Source: Dimorphilus gyrociliatus
Taxonomy: Eukaryota > Animalia > Annelida
Reading direction: 5' to 3'
Assembly (NCBI GenBank): GCA_904063045.1
Contig: CAJFCJ010000036.1
Span: 1-64,000, forward strand
Length of the DNA stretch: 64,000 nt
In this document: piece after piece, positions 62,847-64,000 of the stretch
How the letters are laid out: each line of letters begins with the position of its first letter
Numbering within the stretch: the stretch's first letter is position 1
Translations under genes and position numbers: made by a program
The notes under the pieces: generated by a model
The model's database searches: none
What the model was told of the DNA's origin: nothing
Seen by the model: the letters and a program-made list of their open reading frames with translations, nothing else

Positions 62847-64000
62847 TAAATAATGATTTCACTATATTTTCAAAAACAAAATAAAAACAAATTAGGAAAC
62901 ATAATGAAAGGGAAATTGGTACATTTTCAAAATTTCATTGACCAATTAGTTTATATTCAAATAAATTTTTGTCTATAAAATTTCTTGTATTGTTTTATTG
63001 AAAATTGATGAAAAATCTATTGAGTTTGTAAACCAGAAATGTTTTCTAAAAAGCATTTTTGAGTAAGAGGAATTGCTTTGTTACTTCCTTTGTGTTTGGT
63101 AGTTAATGTTTATGAATTTTGAGTGAAAACTAAATCGAAGTTTTTGAATCAAACTTTGATTGAAAAGTCATTTTAGAGCTGTATTTTGCTTTAGATAGAG
63201 ATTGTATAAATTTCTGAGCAATATTTAGGCACTCTGAAGATCAATTCTAATGAAACATTCATTATTGATAGAGCTTTCATTGCAGCAGTTGGCATTGATA
63301 AAATTTTAAACGAATATTGTCTATCTGAACAATCTAGGAATGAACTGAAAATTACTAATACAATTTATAACAACTATACTGAAAAATGCACAGATATAGT
63401 GAAGAGAGGTCAGGACAGGTATTATACAGCTTAATTAGAGAACATGAAAGAAAAGAATCAAAATATGTACCTTGAAATGAGAAAAATTATTAAAAACTGG
63501 TACATTTTTTCTGAGTGAATGTGTAGTAAGTGTATAAATAAGGGGACGATTTAAATCCCTTATGGTTACGCTTTAACCCATGTACGGTTTCACCTGCTTC
63601 CTTCCCCCAACTGGATTGTAGTACTAATAACAATTTAAAAAAAATTTATTATAATACTAATATTTATTCATTTTCTGTCTAAAGCAGTTTTTTTTCTTAA
63701 GATGGTTCTAACTGGAAGTCCAAATGCAACAATATCAGTTTTTTCTTCTATATTAGTCTTTAATTTAATTGAAGTCAATTTTAAAAAGTATATTGCTGGT
63801 TCTGCACTTTTTTCTGTAACAGTAATGTGTTCTAAGTCAATATTTCCAGCTATTACAATTTTGAAAATATTAGAGTAAAAGTTTCAATAGACAGAACACT
63901 GTTTTGAAACACTAACCACAATCTATTTCATCTTTTCCATTATCACAGCCTTCTTTTAAATTGCATACATGCTGATAATATATTTGAGTATTTTAAGTAC

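Overview
Very AT-rich eukaryotic (animal) genomic DNA with many ~45-65 nt GT-AG introns. The gene content suggests a compact-genome lophotrochozoan invertebrate such as the annelid Dimorphilus; this is inference and was not verified. No prokaryotic features or CRISPR arrays were found. The window is a receptor-rich region. It holds three apparently intact giant GRL101/LGR-type GPCR genes (SRCR-like x3, C-type lectin, LDLa repeats, LRRs, 7TM), one disabled copy and one stray fragment. It also holds four small class A GPCRs, two paralogous PAN/F-type-lectin multidomain genes, an intronless RING-LRR gene built from 171-bp repeats, IgSF, discoidin, ZYG11-like and GNAT genes, and relics of Tc1, mariner, MULE and non-LTR elements plus a 9-bp-TSD MITE family. 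Main discovery: manual splicing shows that all three giant GPCRs continue past TM7 through the same three introns (phases 2, 1, 0), including a 44-nt exon in each, into a ~120-150 aa cytoplasmic domain resembling a degenerate protein-kinase C-lobe. They are therefore candidate pattern-recognition GPCR-pseudokinase fusion receptors. All exon models were built by eye and need RNA-seq confirmation.
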